The translations under genes and the position numbers were made by a program. Positions 29,845-37,489 of a DNA stretch of 37,489 nt are shown one piece after another. Below the pieces are notes generated by a model. The model had not been told where the DNA came from, made no database searches, and saw nothing but the letters and a program-made list of their open reading frames with translations. Within the stretch, counting starts at the first letter, position 1. Each line of letters begins with the position of its first letter. The stretch is from positions 1 to 37,489 of the IMG/VR virus record IMGVR_UViG_3300028805_000019; one strand, 5' to 3'. The stretch comes from a virus.

Positions 29845-31794
29845 TTACAGAATTTTGTTCAGCATCTTTGTGTAAATTCCATTCAGCCGGATATTGGCGT
29901 TCCCGGTTAGGTCGGAATGCGGGTGCACCTTGTCGGGGCAGAACAACTGCAAGAACATAATCTCCCCGTCAGCATTTGGCTCAAGTTTGGTGTAGCTCGT
30001 TCCATAGGTCGTATTGTACTGCGCGATATAGTTGGACGAACCGGGGACATATTGAGCGGAAAAACCGCTCTCTTTCCACGCGGCAAGCAATGGAAGTTCC
30101 CACCGAGTTGCAACGAGTTCCTGCATCCGGCATACATCCGCAGAGTAATATGCCGCATATTCATTTTGGAAATATCCGCCGATGACAATCTTGATAAATG
30201 GATTAATGGCGGTAATTTTTTCCAATAGATAGTTCCACGCCCCGACAAAATTGGAGCGGTCTTTTGATGTCCAATCAATCGCGCCCTCATTCTGCAAGAG
30301 GTTATGGATGTTTATGCGGTCATTAAAGCCGTGGTCAAGCACAATCATTGATACCTGCGCCGGGTTTGTGCCATCAATATACGGAATGACTGAATTTTCA
30401 TAACTCCCGTTTTTCCACGCCGTCAACCACGATTCGGGTATAATGCCCCCGGTGACATCTGCCCGGTATAACGCCTCCAACTCGGCAACGGTGGCGGTCA
30501 AGCAACGCCCGGATGATTCCAAGACACTCTGCGGATGCGTGTTGGTAAACGAGAGTTGTGAGCCACCAACCGCCTTATTGATACAAGTATAGCCGTTATG
30601 CTCGCACGATTTGGCAGGATACTCCGCACCGGCAGGGATAGATGTGCCGAGCCATAGTATGTTACGGGTCGGCGTATATGCGTGCGAGGATGCCTCTGCA
30701 ACGAGCGATGAGAATATAGGCACATTTATCAACCGATATATGCCAGCTTTCCCATTGTTTACCGCAGTAGTACTTTGGGCTAATCGGATATATACGCAGT
30801 TATCCGGGACGGCCAGCACAACCAATTTATTGGCGATGGCGAGGCCATCAGGAGCACCGCCGCGTACATCAATGAGAAGATTCTTGTCCTTGTCATAGAA
30901 TTGGACAAGGCTGAAATTTGCGCCGAAGTATTCAGTAATATAGATGGCATATTTCCTCACCGAACTATCAAGTGCGATGTAGTCGGATGTGCTATACCCG
31001 GAGATGGCTCTGTCGAAAATATAGCCGGAAGTATAAGTTGTGACAATCTTCTCAAAATCGGAATCCGTGTACGCATTATCCAATGGTTCAAGCCATCGGT
31101 ACGCATTGACATTGTATCCAATTTGTTTTCCCTCCATTGCGTAAGGGACATACACCGGGAGCATTTCGCCCTCGGTTATCATAGTCGCAGATAGTTTGGA
31201 AATGTCGGAGGAAAATCGTACGAAAGCCGAACCTGCGGTTGCCGTGATTTGCCCCACCGAACTATTGGTAATAGAGGCAAGTATGACATTTTTCTCGCTA
31301 TCATATAGCGCAATCTTCGCGCCCGTTCCGTAGTCCGTGTTGCACCGATATGTCTTGCCGACTACTACGGGGATAAAATCCGAAATGAAGCAAGCCGCGC
31401 TATTGCTCTCCGTGCCTGATGCGTTGATGAACTTGCCGGGGGTAATCCTCGTTGTATCCAAAAGATTGAGCGGCGTTTTGTTAATGCTGGAAACATTATC
31501 TTTGCTCCAGCCGTTGCCGTCATACTTGATGACCGACACCTCGCCGTCAGCCAAGACCAGCCCGCCGAAGTTGGTGTAAGTCCCTGCCTCGCCCGCCAGC
31601 CAAAAGGCCCGCAAGTCCGCGTAGCCGCTCGGCGTGTCGGCGATGTGCGCCACGCCCATAAATTGATAACCAGCTCCCAACGATGCAACCATTGCGTTTA
31701 CGGCAGCCTGCACTCCGGCAGCCGTAACCTCGTTGTTATTGTTGGTGTAGATATTCGCGGCTATGGTAGCCAGCAGATTCGCATAGTTTGCCAT
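29845..31794 (-). CDS. Tail fibre/receptor-binding protein with a C-terminal SGNH/GDSL-type esterase domain, 649 aa
   Basis: The N-terminus LLATIAANIYTNNNNEVTAAGVQAAVNAMV...GYQFMGVA is typical of Bacteroidota phage fibres. SGNH blocks: ILWLGTSIPAG, VLDHGFNDR, DKVHPH. Confidence 0.6.
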   Translation of the reverse strand: MANYANLLATIAANIYTNNNNEVTAAGVQAAVNAMVASLGAGYQFMGVAHIADTPSGYADLRAFWLAGEAGTYTNFGGLVLADGEVSVIKYDGNGWSKDNVSSINKTPLNLLDTTRITPGKFINASGTESNSAACFISDFIPVVVGKTYRCNTDYGTGAKIALYDSEKNVILASITNSSVGQITATAGSAFVRFSSDISKLSATMITEGEMLPVYVPYAMEGKQIGYNVNAYRWLEPLDNAYTDSDFEKIVTTYTSGYIFDRAISGYSTSDYIALDSSVRKYAIYITEYFGANFSLVQFYDKDKNLLIDVRGGAPDGLAIANKLVVLAVPDNCVYIRLAQSTTAVNNGKAGIYRLINVPIFSSLVAEASSHAYTPTRNILWLGTSIPAGAEYPAKSCEHNGYTCINKAVGGSQLSFTNTHPQSVLESSGRCLTATVAELEALYRADVTGGIIPESWLTAWKNGSYENSVIPYIDGTNPAQVSMIVLDHGFNDRINIHNLLQNEGAIDWTSKDRSNFVGAWNYLLEKITAINPFIKIVIGGYFQNEYAAYYSADVCRMQELVATRWELPLLAAWKESGFSAQYVPGSSNYIAQYNTTYGTSYTKLEPNADGEIMFLQLFCPDKVHPHSDLTGNANIRLNGIYTKMLNKIL

Positions 31795-31796
31795 AT

Positions 31797-32606
31797 CTAT
31801 TTTGTCTTTTTAAGTTCTGCAAGTTCTTTACGCAGTGCGTTCACTTCTTCGATAAGCCCTTTAATTGCGGCGATTTCGTAGCCTTGTATAGCATTGTAGT
31901 TGAGCGAGTGGAAATCCTCGAATCCAATAGACTTGCCAATGACAACGGCCTCTGGGACAACCTCTGCCACTTCCTGCGCGACAAGGCCCGCCGCTTTCTT
32001 CCCGGCGTTATCAGTCCGCGCGTTCCATTCCCAAGTCTTTGGCTTGAGTCGCGCGATGATGTCCATTGCCTCCTCCGGGAGAATATCTTGTTGCTTGTCT
32101 TTGATACGAGCATCCGAGCCGGGCGTGATTGTCCCGGTAGCAGCCACATTTCCATTGACATTCAATGCGGCGGCAGATGTTGCGTATATATTAGGGCCAA
32201 CGCCAATTCCATGGGCATCTACGGTCAATGTTGCGTTTGCAGCCGATTGCGACCCCTTGTCTTGCACACCGAACAATAGCCACCCTCCTGCCGTTGATGC
32301 CCAAATGTAGTTGACTCCACCACGCAGCATTTGGAGAGCTGCGCTTGATGTTGTGCCAATGGAGGTGACACCCTTTAGTGATACGTTTCCGCTTGCCTCA
32401 AGGGTTGAACAATTCCAAGGCGTAGAGCCTTGACCGCTTGCCGGAGTAATTGCCCCGGTCATCGTACCGCCGGAAAGTGAAAGTTTTTTCCCGAGTTCGG
32501 TCACAAGGTCATCCCCGTCATCATTGATGACCGCTTGCTGGTGCGTGATAGGAAAGAATTGGTCACCATTCTTGTCCTGCACTTTATTGATTGGTGCGCT
32601 TGCCAT
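31797..32606 (-). CDS. Tail fibre with a C-terminal peptidase S74 intramolecular chaperone domain, 269 aa
   Basis: GSDARIKDKQ...LKPKTWEW...AGLVAQEVAEVVPEAV...LNYNAI...IAAIKGLIEEVNALRKEL is the S74 autoproteolytic chaperone pattern. Confidence 0.8.
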   Translation of the reverse strand: MASAPINKVQDKNGDQFFPITHQQAVINDDGDDLVTELGKKLSLSGGTMTGAITPASGQGSTPWNCSTLEASGNVSLKGVTSIGTTSSAALQMLRGGVNYIWASTAGGWLLFGVQDKGSQSAANATLTVDAHGIGVGPNIYATSAAALNVNGNVAATGTITPGSDARIKDKQQDILPEEAMDIIARLKPKTWEWNARTDNAGKKAAGLVAQEVAEVVPEAVVIGKSIGFEDFHSLNYNAIQGYEIAAIKGLIEEVNALRKELAELKKTK

Positions 32607-32617
32607 ATCTTATCCGT

Positions 32618-33151
32618 TTAATTTGTCCACATTTTTTGCGCCACGCAAGCGGTGAGCATCCCGCCCCAAGAGTAGGTTGCTGACCGCCCGCGGACATAGA
32701 CAGTAATCACATCCCCAGCATTGCAAGCGATGTCCTGCGAGTTGGTTTGGATATAGGTCGAAGTCCAAGTGGAGTTCTCCGTCCCGATGGCCGTGGTGCT
32801 GCCGCTCCGGGTGCGGTACAAGCGGCTGCTCCAAGAGTAGGAGGTGCTATTGTTGCGCCGGAAGGCGCACCACTTAAAGCGGTATGTTCCCGTGACCGGG
32901 ATGGTCACGGAGATACCCGTAGATGTCAGCGCACTCCCACCGCCTCCAAGATCGCCATTGCCGACCACGGGATAATCTCCAGCCGTGGGCGTGAGGGTTG
33001 CTCCGCCACCCCCGGTCACGATTTGCCCGATGTAGCCGTCATAGGCATCCAGCTTCGCCGAGGACGGCACGGACACGCCCTTCGCTTCGATGGCGGTCTT
33101 GATGTCGGCCTTTGCGCCTTGCAGTCTGCTGATTTCCGTTTCTATGCTCAT
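32618..33151 (-). CDS. Tail fibre-associated protein, 177 aa
   Basis: The N-terminus EISRLQGAKADIKTAIEAKGVSVPSSAKLDAYDGYIGQI is common in gut phage fibre proteins. G-rich linker. Confidence 0.45.
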   Translation of the reverse strand: MSIETEISRLQGAKADIKTAIEAKGVSVPSSAKLDAYDGYIGQIVTGGGGATLTPTAGDYPVVGNGDLGGGGSALTSTGISVTIPVTGTYRFKWCAFRRNNSTSYSWSSRLYRTRSGSTTAIGTENSTWTSTYIQTNSQDIACNAGDVITVYVRGRSATYSWGGMLTACVAQKMWTN

Positions 33152-33468
33152 ATCGCTGCCAATAATGATTCAACATTCCCAACCAAATCGTAGACACATT
33201 TCGCGGACGGGTACTGCGTGTCGGTGGACTGCGCCGAGAGGGCGGTCACCTTGTTGGCGTTGTCCTCCTTCGTGGACACGTCGATAATCGTCCCGCCGTC
33301 CACATAGGTAGCCGTCCCGGCCTGCGCCCCGATGATTGCGACATTGCCCAGGGTTCCGGCGATCTGCGCCGGGGTGATGTACTGGGTGTCGCTGACCGGG
33401 AGTTTTTCCGTCCCTGCCACACTACCCTTTTGGGTGAGCTGGTTGATGTCTTTGTATGTTATCGCCAT
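33148..33468 (-). CDS. Tail fibre-associated protein, 106 aa
   Basis: EKLPVSD...TDTQYPSAKCVYDLVGNVESLL is a motif seen in phage fibre proteins. Confidence 0.45.
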   Translation of the reverse strand: MAITYKDINQLTQKGSVAGTEKLPVSDTQYITPAQIAGTLGNVAIIGAQAGTATYVDGGTIIDVSTKEDNANKVTALSAQSTDTQYPSAKCVYDLVGNVESLLAAI

Positions 33469-33470
33469 AG

Positions 33471-33740
33471 TTACTCATATCCGACCGCCACATTGTTGTC
33501 CACGGAGTAGACATCGTTGCGGATGATTATCGTAATATCCTTGCCCAGTTGTGTGACTTGCAGTGTAGCGGTGGCCGTAGGGCTTCCGGCCGTGGTCATG
33601 AAAGTGATGATGCGGGTGCGTGCCACATACCCGGCATTGGCTGGGGACGAGACCGAGATGGTCTGCGCCCCCAACGCCGCCGCGTAGGTAAGGGTGATTT
33701 TGTCACCGCTCCCATCATTCCAATCTACCTGCGTGGTCAT
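33471..33740 (-). CDS. BACON/Ig-like single-domain protein, 89 aa
   Basis: Start moved to the ATG at 33740 (TAATG overlap). WNDGSGDKITLTY...ISVSSPANAGYVARTRIITF...LQVTQLG. Confidence 0.45.
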   Translation of the reverse strand: MTTQVDWNDGSGDKITLTYAAALGAQTISVSSPANAGYVARTRIITFMTTAGSPTATATLQVTQLGKDITIIIRNDVYSVDNNVAVGYE

Positions 33741-34345
33741 TAGGAGATAGTCCAGGAGGTGTTGGAGGAAACCGCAACGGATACCGCCGTGCCAGCCGCC
33801 GTGAGGTTGATAGTGGTCGGGCTGATAGTGAGGTACGCATCGCCAGCGGCCTGTGTAATATCGCAAACGGCAGACTGATTGTTGTTGGTCTTGACCGTCA
33901 ACTGCGAAGTTAGCGAAGCAATGGAGGTATTCTCCGCGATGCCCGTAAAGGTAATCTCAAAGGCGTATTGCTGGGCCGCGCCGGGGTCACCCGTGATGGC
34001 CGCGCCGTTGTTCGTGGAGATACTTGCCGCCGTGTACGAGGACGGCAGAACGAGGCCGATATTGTTCGCGCCCGTCAGCGAGAAAGTCAGTTTGGAGGAA
34101 TTGGAAGTGCCGTGGATGGTAAGAGTGCCGCCCGTCTTGTCAACGGCGGCGGTTGCATCAATGCTCACAAATTCCGTCTTTCCTGCTTGAATAATAGTGA
34201 GGGTCTTGCTCTCCACCCCGGAGGCCGCAAAGGTCGCGGTGGTGGTGCGGCTGCTTCGCCCGGTATGAGCCGAGCCAGTCCACGCAACGGAATCGTTGCC
34301 ATTGCCGGACACTTTGTCGGGGGTTACCCAAGATGCGTATGCCAT
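33740..34345 (-). CDS. BACON/Ig-like repeat structural protein, 201 aa
   Basis: SWVTPDKVSGNGNDSVAWTGSAHTGRSSRTTTATF...LTIIQAGK, and a second unit ending VAVSSNTSWTIS. Confidence 0.5.
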   Translation of the reverse strand: MAYASWVTPDKVSGNGNDSVAWTGSAHTGRSSRTTTATFAASGVESKTLTIIQAGKTEFVSIDATAAVDKTGGTLTIHGTSNSSKLTFSLTGANNIGLVLPSSYTAASISTNNGAAITGDPGAAQQYAFEITFTGIAENTSIASLTSQLTVKTNNNQSAVCDITQAAGDAYLTISPTTINLTAAGTAVSVAVSSNTSWTIS

Positions 34346-34363
34346 ATTCTAAAAGTTTTTGAA

Positions 34364-34666
34364 TTATTGAACTATCCAATCGGTGTTGCTATAAACATCA
34401 TTCACGGCCCAATCCGCAAGCCACAGGATGCTCGGCGCAATCTCCAAGTACGGCCCGGCGATACTGCCCTTGCAGACCGGGATAAGCCGGACACGCATAT
34501 CGCCGCCAACCATCCGCAGGGATGCGCACCGCAGGGCCGCGACCACCCCCAGCGATACCGCCGAGGCGCACGGCTGGAGCGAGGCCCGCAGACCCGCGCC
34601 CGGATGTACGCAAACCTCCGCGCAAACGCGGGGGGCGAGTTCGATATGAGCATCAATACAGGTCAC
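34364..34666 (-). CDS. Hypothetical Cys-rich protein in a GC-rich patch, 100 aa (GTG start)
   Basis: It is the only protein-like frame of five overlapping ORFs here. The GTG overlaps the upstream stop as GTGA. Confidence 0.35.
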   Translation of the reverse strand: MTCIDAHIELAPRVCAEVCVHPGAGLRASLQPCASAVSLGVVAALRCASLRMVGGDMRVRLIPVCKGSIAGPYLEIAPSILWLADWAVNDVYSNTDWIVQ

Positions 34667-35001
34667 GGCTCAACCAGCAGGAACTCTATTCGTTTTACCT
34701 CCTTGCGTGTCCCGTCCGGGAAGTCCGTGTCCGGGATGTACGCCGCGATGGTGGCGGTGTACCTTCCAGCCCCGAAGTCGGCGGTATTGAAGGCTACATA
34801 CCAGCCGTCAATCGCTTGGATACAATCGGCCTTCGCGTAGGTATGCGAGGTGCTTCCCCGCTTGATGGTCACATCCCAATTATCGGTATCTTGGTCGAAG
34901 CCGTCTGCGGTAATCGTGACCCGGAACTTGACATCCGAGCCGACAAATACCCGCTTCTCCTTGCAACATTTATTGTCTATCATAGCCGTATCTAAATACA
35001 T
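34663..35001 (-). CDS. Small beta-rich virion-associated protein, 112 aa (alternative start at 34983)
   Basis: Clean ORF in the head-tail joining region. Confidence 0.5.
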   Translation of the reverse strand: MYLDTAMIDNKCCKEKRVFVGSDVKFRVTITADGFDQDTDNWDVTIKRGSTSHTYAKADCIQAIDGWYVAFNTADFGAGRYTATIAAYIPDTDFPDGTRKEVKRIEFLLVEP

Positions 35002-35447
35002 TCACATTCACACTCGCCGAGGGGGAAGCCCTCGCCCGCATCGCTGGCGCATACCCACGCAATCGGGGCTTGCAGACGGACGGAAGCGAACACGCCCGCG
35101 CACTCATCAAGGAATCGCTGGTTGAAGGTCTGCGCCGTCCAATCCGCGTAGGGGATGCCCCACTCATCCAGCAGCCGCAGTATGTTCGTGAGGGTTTGGA
35201 TTCCAACGGATTGGATTTCCACTTCGTTGCGCTTGTCTGCCGTTAGCCTGTCCACATAGAAGAAAGTGAACACGAAGGTCTGCAAGTCCATCCCGATTTC
35301 GTGCTGGCCCTGTGTCCACGCGAATACGCCGTACTTGGCATCCGCGTAGGTGTTAAGCCGGAAGATGTCATTGCGGACAATCATATTGACGGAGGGCTGG
35401 CGGCTGGCCGCCACCTCAATCGCGTTTATGGTTTCCAGCAGGGTCAT
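34992..35447 (-). CDS. Head-tail joining region protein, 151 aa
   Basis: Start moved to the ATG at 35447 (ATGA overlap). Function assigned by position only. Confidence 0.45.
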   Translation of the reverse strand: MTLLETINAIEVAASRQPSVNMIVRNDIFRLNTYADAKYGVFAWTQGQHEIGMDLQTFVFTFFYVDRLTADKRNEVEIQSVGIQTLTNILRLLDEWGIPYADWTAQTFNQRFLDECAGVFASVRLQAPIAWVCASDAGEGFPLGECECECI

Positions 35448-36001
35448 CGGCAGCACCCTCCCTTCTTGATTTGCTTTCCGCGTGGGCCTCCTAAAAAGAC
35501 CCCACAAGTGGCGGCAGAATAGAGGTTCGCCTTAATGCGGTTGCAGTCGCACTCATCCAACTCCGGGAAACTTGCCCGGCGGTCGTAGACCCATTGCTGC
35601 AAGAGCAGACAATGCGCGTCGGCCTTCGATTGGTAGTAATACTGCTGCCGGGCCAATTCCTCCACACTCGCCACATACAGGTTCTCGTCCTGTGACTTTG
35701 AAAGCCCAAAATTCCCGACCTTGTAACTGACTTTCGGTATCAGTTCCACGATGGTTTGGTAAGCGAGGAAATATTGGCACTCATCTACCAAGTCCTTGTA
35801 CATTTCGTTCCCATCGTCCCCGATTGTACCCTCCTTTACCAAAGACTTGATGGCATCAAGAAGGCAACTTCCGAGGATGCCCCGGAGGTTGATTTCCTGC
35901 GCTTCCCGTATGGACGGCTGGATGAACTTCCCGGCCACGTTGTCGGAGATATTCGTCACACTCTTGACGAATTTCTCGCTGGTAAGAAGAACCTCTGCCA
36001 T
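35444..36001 (-). CDS. Head-tail connector/adaptor-like protein, 185 aa
   Basis: Lies immediately after the portal gene (TAATG overlap). IREAQEINLRGILG...LY pattern resembles gp6/gp15-type adaptors. Confidence 0.4.
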   Translation of the reverse strand: MAEVLLTSEKFVKSVTNISDNVAGKFIQPSIREAQEINLRGILGSCLLDAIKSLVKEGTIGDDGNEMYKDLVDECQYFLAYQTIVELIPKVSYKVGNFGLSKSQDENLYVASVEELARQQYYYQSKADAHCLLLQQWVYDRRASFPELDECDCNRIKANLYSAATCGVFLGGPRGKQIKKGGCCR

Positions 36002-37089
36002 TACTGTACGCTTTGCTCCGCGCCTTCAAGGGTGAAGGGCCGGATGGTTAACACTTCCTCGCCGTAGATATACTTGAACTCGTCGGCGATGTCCCGCTGA
36101 ACGGGACGGATAGCGGTTCTGTTGTAGAGTTTGAAGGCTTCGGAAAATTCCTGCTCCGAGAACCCGGTGCTTTCGTCCATCAGTCCAAACAGGGCCGGAA
36201 TCGCACGATAGGCCGTGAAAATCTGCTGGCGGCTGAACTTGGAAAGGGCATCATACCGCTCCCCGAAATTCTCCACCTTTAGCGGCGTTATCGTGGTCAT
36301 CGTGTCCTTCGATTCATTCCAGCTGAACATCATTCGCATCGCGTTCTGGTGGCCGGAGAACTTCTCCGTCATATCCCGCTCGATTTCCTTTTGCATTTCT
36401 TCCGTCGGACGGCCTTGATTAAAGTTCACCAGCACCGAACCCGTGAAGCAGTTTTCCAGCGCATTGAGGTGGTAGTCCGCAATGCCCCTTTCGATTTCGC
36501 AGTCCTTGACGGCAGACTGAACCGGGGAGATAGGGTAAGTCCCCGCGCCCACGTTCTTCACGAACAGGATGGAACTCGCGTGGCGGTTCTTTTCCTCATC
36601 CTCCAGCGCGGCCCATTCCTCCGGCTTGAAGGGGTAGAACTTGGGATATACCACGCAATCCCGTGCACCCTTCCCCCATTTCTCGGAGTAGTAGAAACTC
36701 TCGTTGTCCTCATCGCTGCGGATATACCGAACGGGCAGGGGGTGGGTTTCCGCTATCCCTCCGTCCCGGCTGCGGATAATTTGGTAACACCTACCTCCGT
36801 ACAGGAAGGAATCAAGCCCGAGGGCCTGCACCATCTTGCGCGGGGCATCCCCGTTGATTCTCCGGGTGGTCAGCACATCGTCTCCGGCCACGAACTTCGC
36901 CGAACCCTCCACGATGGTTTGCAGGGTCGTGACATTGAGGTACAAGTCCCACAGATAGTCCGGGTACTTGTTCAGTTCTCCCCAATCCACCCGGTTTCCG
37001 TGCTTGCGCTCCACCGGGGTCACGATGTTCTGCTCCAAGTACGGGTCAATCGCCGCGAAGGTCAGCCGCTTAACTTCCGTATTGCTCAT
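36001..37089 (-). CDS. Portal protein (HK97-family type), 362 aa
   Basis: DSFLYGGRCYQIIRSRDGGIAETHPLPVRYIR..., GRPTEEMQKEIERDMTEKFSG and AIPALFGL match the Phage_portal pattern. Confidence 0.7.
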   Translation of the reverse strand: MSNTEVKRLTFAAIDPYLEQNIVTPVERKHGNRVDWGELNKYPDYLWDLYLNVTTLQTIVEGSAKFVAGDDVLTTRRINGDAPRKMVQALGLDSFLYGGRCYQIIRSRDGGIAETHPLPVRYIRSDEDNESFYYSEKWGKGARDCVVYPKFYPFKPEEWAALEDEEKNRHASSILFVKNVGAGTYPISPVQSAVKDCEIERGIADYHLNALENCFTGSVLVNFNQGRPTEEMQKEIERDMTEKFSGHQNAMRMMFSWNESKDTMTTITPLKVENFGERYDALSKFSRQQIFTAYRAIPALFGLMDESTGFSEQEFSEAFKLYNRTAIRPVQRDIADEFKYIYGEEVLTIRPFTLEGAEQSVQ

Positions 37090-37369
37090 ATTCTATCGTT
37101 TTCTCAAATTCCGTCCTGTCCGGGGTGTAATCACCCTTGATTGCCAACCCCTCGGATATGATTTCTTCTCCGGCCATCAGCCTGTAAGTGTACTCCCCGT
37201 CCGGGAGGTCGAAGGCCATCTGCCCGGAAAAATAGAGCGGGCCTTGCGTCAGTTCGACGGCCTCCGAATAGACCTGCAACCCGACATTGTTCACCAGCAC
37301 GAAGCGGTCCGCCGCCGGGGCATCCCACGGCTTCGGAATGTACAGGGTATCGGAATCAAGGTATATCAT
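37070..37369 (-). CDS. Hypothetical protein, 99 aa, first gene of the portal operon
   Basis: The ATG at 37369 lies 7 nt downstream of the conserved 13-mer. Overlaps the portal start by 20 nt. Confidence 0.5.
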   Translation of the reverse strand: MIYLDSDTLYIPKPWDAPAADRFVLVNNVGLQVYSEAVELTQGPLYFSGQMAFDLPDGEYTYRLMAGEEIISEGLAIKGDYTPDRTEFEKTIEYEQYGS

Positions 37370-37489
37370 ATCTTTTCCGTGAAATAGACTTGCCGCCGAA
37401 TTTGTTATTTAGGCCGATTTGAGGGCCTTGAAGGCTTCCGGGGTATAATTTATCGGGAAAAGGTTTGAGGGCCGCAGAATCGAAAAGTA
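37363..37489. repeat. Terminal direct repeat identical to 1-127
   Basis: Read directly. Confidence 0.95.
37377..37389 (-). promoter_or_regulatory. Conserved 13-mer GTCTATTTCACGG upstream of the 99-aa/portal operon
   Basis: Exact copy, the same as 15-27 through the terminal repeat. Confidence 0.5.

Noticed and set aside
34398-34656. Alternative minus-strand ORFs (75 and 84 aa) and plus-strand ORFs in the GC-rich patch.
   Set aside because: Their translations are Arg/Gly/Pro-dominated and low-complexity. They were kept only as evidence of unusual composition.
1-37489. Search for reverse transcriptase/DGR, CRISPR arrays, tRNA genes, toxin-antitoxin pairs and methyltransferases.
   Set aside because: No RT motifs (YxDD), no repeat-spacer arrays, no cloverleaf-like sequences and no SAM-binding motifs were recognised by eye. 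Absence is not proven without tools.

Overview
This window is a complete, circularly closed genome of a temperate tailed phage, siphovirus-like. Bases 1-127 are identical to 37363-37489, which leaves 37,362 bp of unique sequence. The host is very probably a member of the Bacteroidota. Evidence for that: three TTTG-N19-TAnnTTTG type promoters, a Bacteroidetes-style arm-binding tyrosine integrase, BACON-like domains and a DUF5675-like lysis protein. By eye the GC content is in the mid-50s percent, with several AT-rich islands. About 75 genes are present and all but two lie on the minus strand, mostly coupled by ATGA or TAATG overlaps.

Modules, read along the minus strand:
- Lysogeny switch and early genes: 23517-24018 on the plus strand, diverging from 23387 and below on the minus strand.
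- Recombination and replication, 16285-21663: a Sak-like annealing protein, an initiator with internal iterons, a protein with an SSB-like tail, NinG, and a pentapeptide-repeat protein.
- A sigma factor split into two ORFs, 15683-16277.
- HNH, ParB-like, TerS-like and TerL genes, 10510-14498.
- Tail and head genes in a non-canonical order, 798-10529, continuing across the circle junction at 33148-37369.
- Fibres, 29845-33468.
- Lysis cassette, 28536-29842.
- An ArdC-like early cassette, 27242-28429.
- Integrase, 24301-25536.

Observations most worth following up:
1. The TerL intein has an HNH homing endonuclease encoded inside it in a different reading frame, and both frames stay open.
2. A split phage sigma factor coexists with a conserved 13-mer, GTCTATTTCACGG, in front of structural operons.
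3. Two paralogous promoter/leader/junction/terminator cassettes carry different cargo: an ArdC-like protein in one, unknown small proteins in the other.
4. A T9 slippery run gives a -1 frame extension of a chaperone-like gene.
5. A 20-nt junction motif is reused both as coding sequence and as intergenic sequence.

All functional calls come from reading motifs by eye. No database search was run.
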